From positions 153,565,074 to 153,629,073 of the forward strand of contig NC_068982.1 of assembly GCF_001194135.2 (NCBI RefSeq): a stretch of DNA of 64,000 nt, in the 5' to 3' direction. The position numbers were made by a program, and so were the translations under genes. Position 1 is the first letter of the stretch. Each line of letters starts with the position of its first letter. This stretch comes from Octopus bimaculoides. Taxonomy: Eukaryota. Under the pieces are notes generated by a model. It was not told the DNA's origin, did not search any database, and was given only the letters and a program-made list of their open reading frames with translations. Below are positions 62,261 to 64,000 of the stretch, in pieces.

Positions 62261-62879
62261 CAGAAGGCTTATGTAGTCTATAAGCAGTGTCCCAGACTAC
62301 AGATCATTGTTCAACTTTTTTTTAAATGCATGCAGATATTTATATACGCCCGCCCCGCTACACACACATATTGTATATCAGTTATAGATATGTCTACACT
62401 AGTGAGAAAACTTGTGGCTTACGAAAGAAGTCTATTGTGATGTAGCTGATATATCTGTCAAACAGCGATCCGTAGACTTTCCCATGTTCTCTCCCCACCT
62501 AATATGCTGTCCACTAGGCATTGAAAATCGTGTAAATAACTAGGATTTGAAATCAGTTTTATTTGCAACGATGCGACTCCTCTTTCCGTTATTTCGTGAT
62601 GCCACCCCCAAAATTTCTACCTAAAAATTCACACTTATCCTGTTCCCAAAGAGGGAAATATAAATGTCAAATTCTTCCTGAACATTCAGCACCACCACGC
62701 ATGCTGCAAGACCTCACGACTACATTACCCATAAGCTTGATGTGTTATGCACCAGATACGATCACACTACTAACAACCCCATGAGACATTTCATTGTTGA
62801 TACTGTTTAAAATTCTTCTCAATTCAATATAATTGATAATATTCTCTCCTTTTCCCTATAACATTCCCTATTTGTTTTG

Positions 62880-63080
62880 TATTTTTTTCTCTTTTAACGA
62901 TGTTTCTGCAGACATAACGAACTTACGTTGGTCTTGTCCCTCTAATAATCGGTTAACATTAAATCTCTCTACTGCTTCTATGAATAATTTTCTATCAACT
63001 TGTCATAAAAGGCATCGGAAATCAATTAATACTTGTAGAGATCTTTGAAATCGTCAACTCTTTGAAAGCATTTTAATACC
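62880..63080 (-). mobile_element. RT fragment, probably RTE-type LINE
   Basis: IDF....QVDRKLFIEAVERFNV resembles IDFxKAFDxVDRxxL; frameshifted. Confidence 0.4.
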
Positions 63081-63789
63081 TCAAATGATCTCAATTTTTT
63101 TCAATACATTAAAATAACTGTAGTGAGAACGAACCAATTATTAAATGCATATTTTCGGCTTTCAAACTGTTTATTCATAATTCTTCATCTTTTCGTGACA
63201 TAAAAACAATTAAACTTCTTATGAAATCATTTCCCTTTTTCACACACATATTCACGTATATATGTATGTATGTATGTATGTATTTATGTATGTATGTATT
63301 TATGTAGATATGTATGTACGTATGTATGCATCTATGCATATATATACACACAGACATATCTCTCTCTCTCTATCTATCTATATATATATATATATAAACA
63401 CGCTCGGTTAAATTATGATATCAGAACAGCAAACATTAAATGGTAAAAGTACTTCTGGTACATTGAAACATATACATATCCGGTTGACTGAGACATGAAA
63501 TTTATCTTATACACGCTTATTCAACCACTGGTAAGATAGAAAATTTTCAAATAATTGAACCAAAACAATTTATAAAGATGGTGAAAACTTGAATGTTCAT
63601 GTATGTGATATGACATTGGAAGTTATTTGACTTCGAAACATAGGTGACGATGAAATTTCAAAATTGCATTCATATGTTTCCCCTGTCTGATATTTAAAAA
63701 GAGACATGCTTAAATTCTAGCACACTACATAAGGTCTCATTTCAAAATATTTAATTATATCCTGTAATATGTCAAATCCCCACAATATA

Positions 63790-63817
63790 TATATGCTGAA
63801 ACATACACATAGACGCA

Positions 63818-63850
<33 letters not shown>

Positions 63851-63964
63851 TATATACCTATAATATACATAGCATATATGTGTATACACACATACATACA
63901 TACATACATACATACATACATACATACATACATACATACATACATACATACATACATACATACA

Positions 63965-64000
<36 letters not shown>
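63790..64000. repeat. Compound (CA)/(TACA)n/(TA)n microsatellite running to the window end
   Basis: Directly visible. Confidence 0.97.

Noticed and set aside
1-64000. CRISPR arrays, rRNA, snRNA or prokaryotic operons
   Set aside because: None seen; the sequence is eukaryotic repeat-rich DNA and its tandem repeats have no spacers.

Overview
AT-rich, microsatellite-dense animal genomic DNA with six N-gaps. The SINE families and TA/TACA/CA repeat load look cephalopod, probably Octopus; that is an inference from remembered repeat sequences, not a database result. I cannot support any complete host protein-coding gene, and most of the supplied ORF track is microsatellite or gap artefact. The window is largely decayed mobile elements: Tc1/mariner fossils, a near full-length Chapaev3-type (CMC) transposon, many Penelope-like element (PLE) fragments, RLE-type LINEs (R4/Dong-like and Hero-like), CR1/L2- and RTE-type RT fragments, several SINE families, and a 168-bp hAT-type MITE with an intact 8-bp target-site duplication (TSD). 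The most interesting signals are: (i) a dispersed short repeat in four copies carrying a minimal type-I hammerhead-ribozyme fold, with U instead of the conserved A6 in every copy, two copies lying in tandem 477 nt apart; (ii) a second hammerhead-like family beside a PLE fragment; (iii) several fold-back structures (a ~920-bp imperfect palindrome, a 217-bp hairpin, an inverted transposase C-terminus, a perfect 50-bp palindrome); (iv) a few isolated candidate exons that need RNA-seq. Alignments and translations were done by eye.
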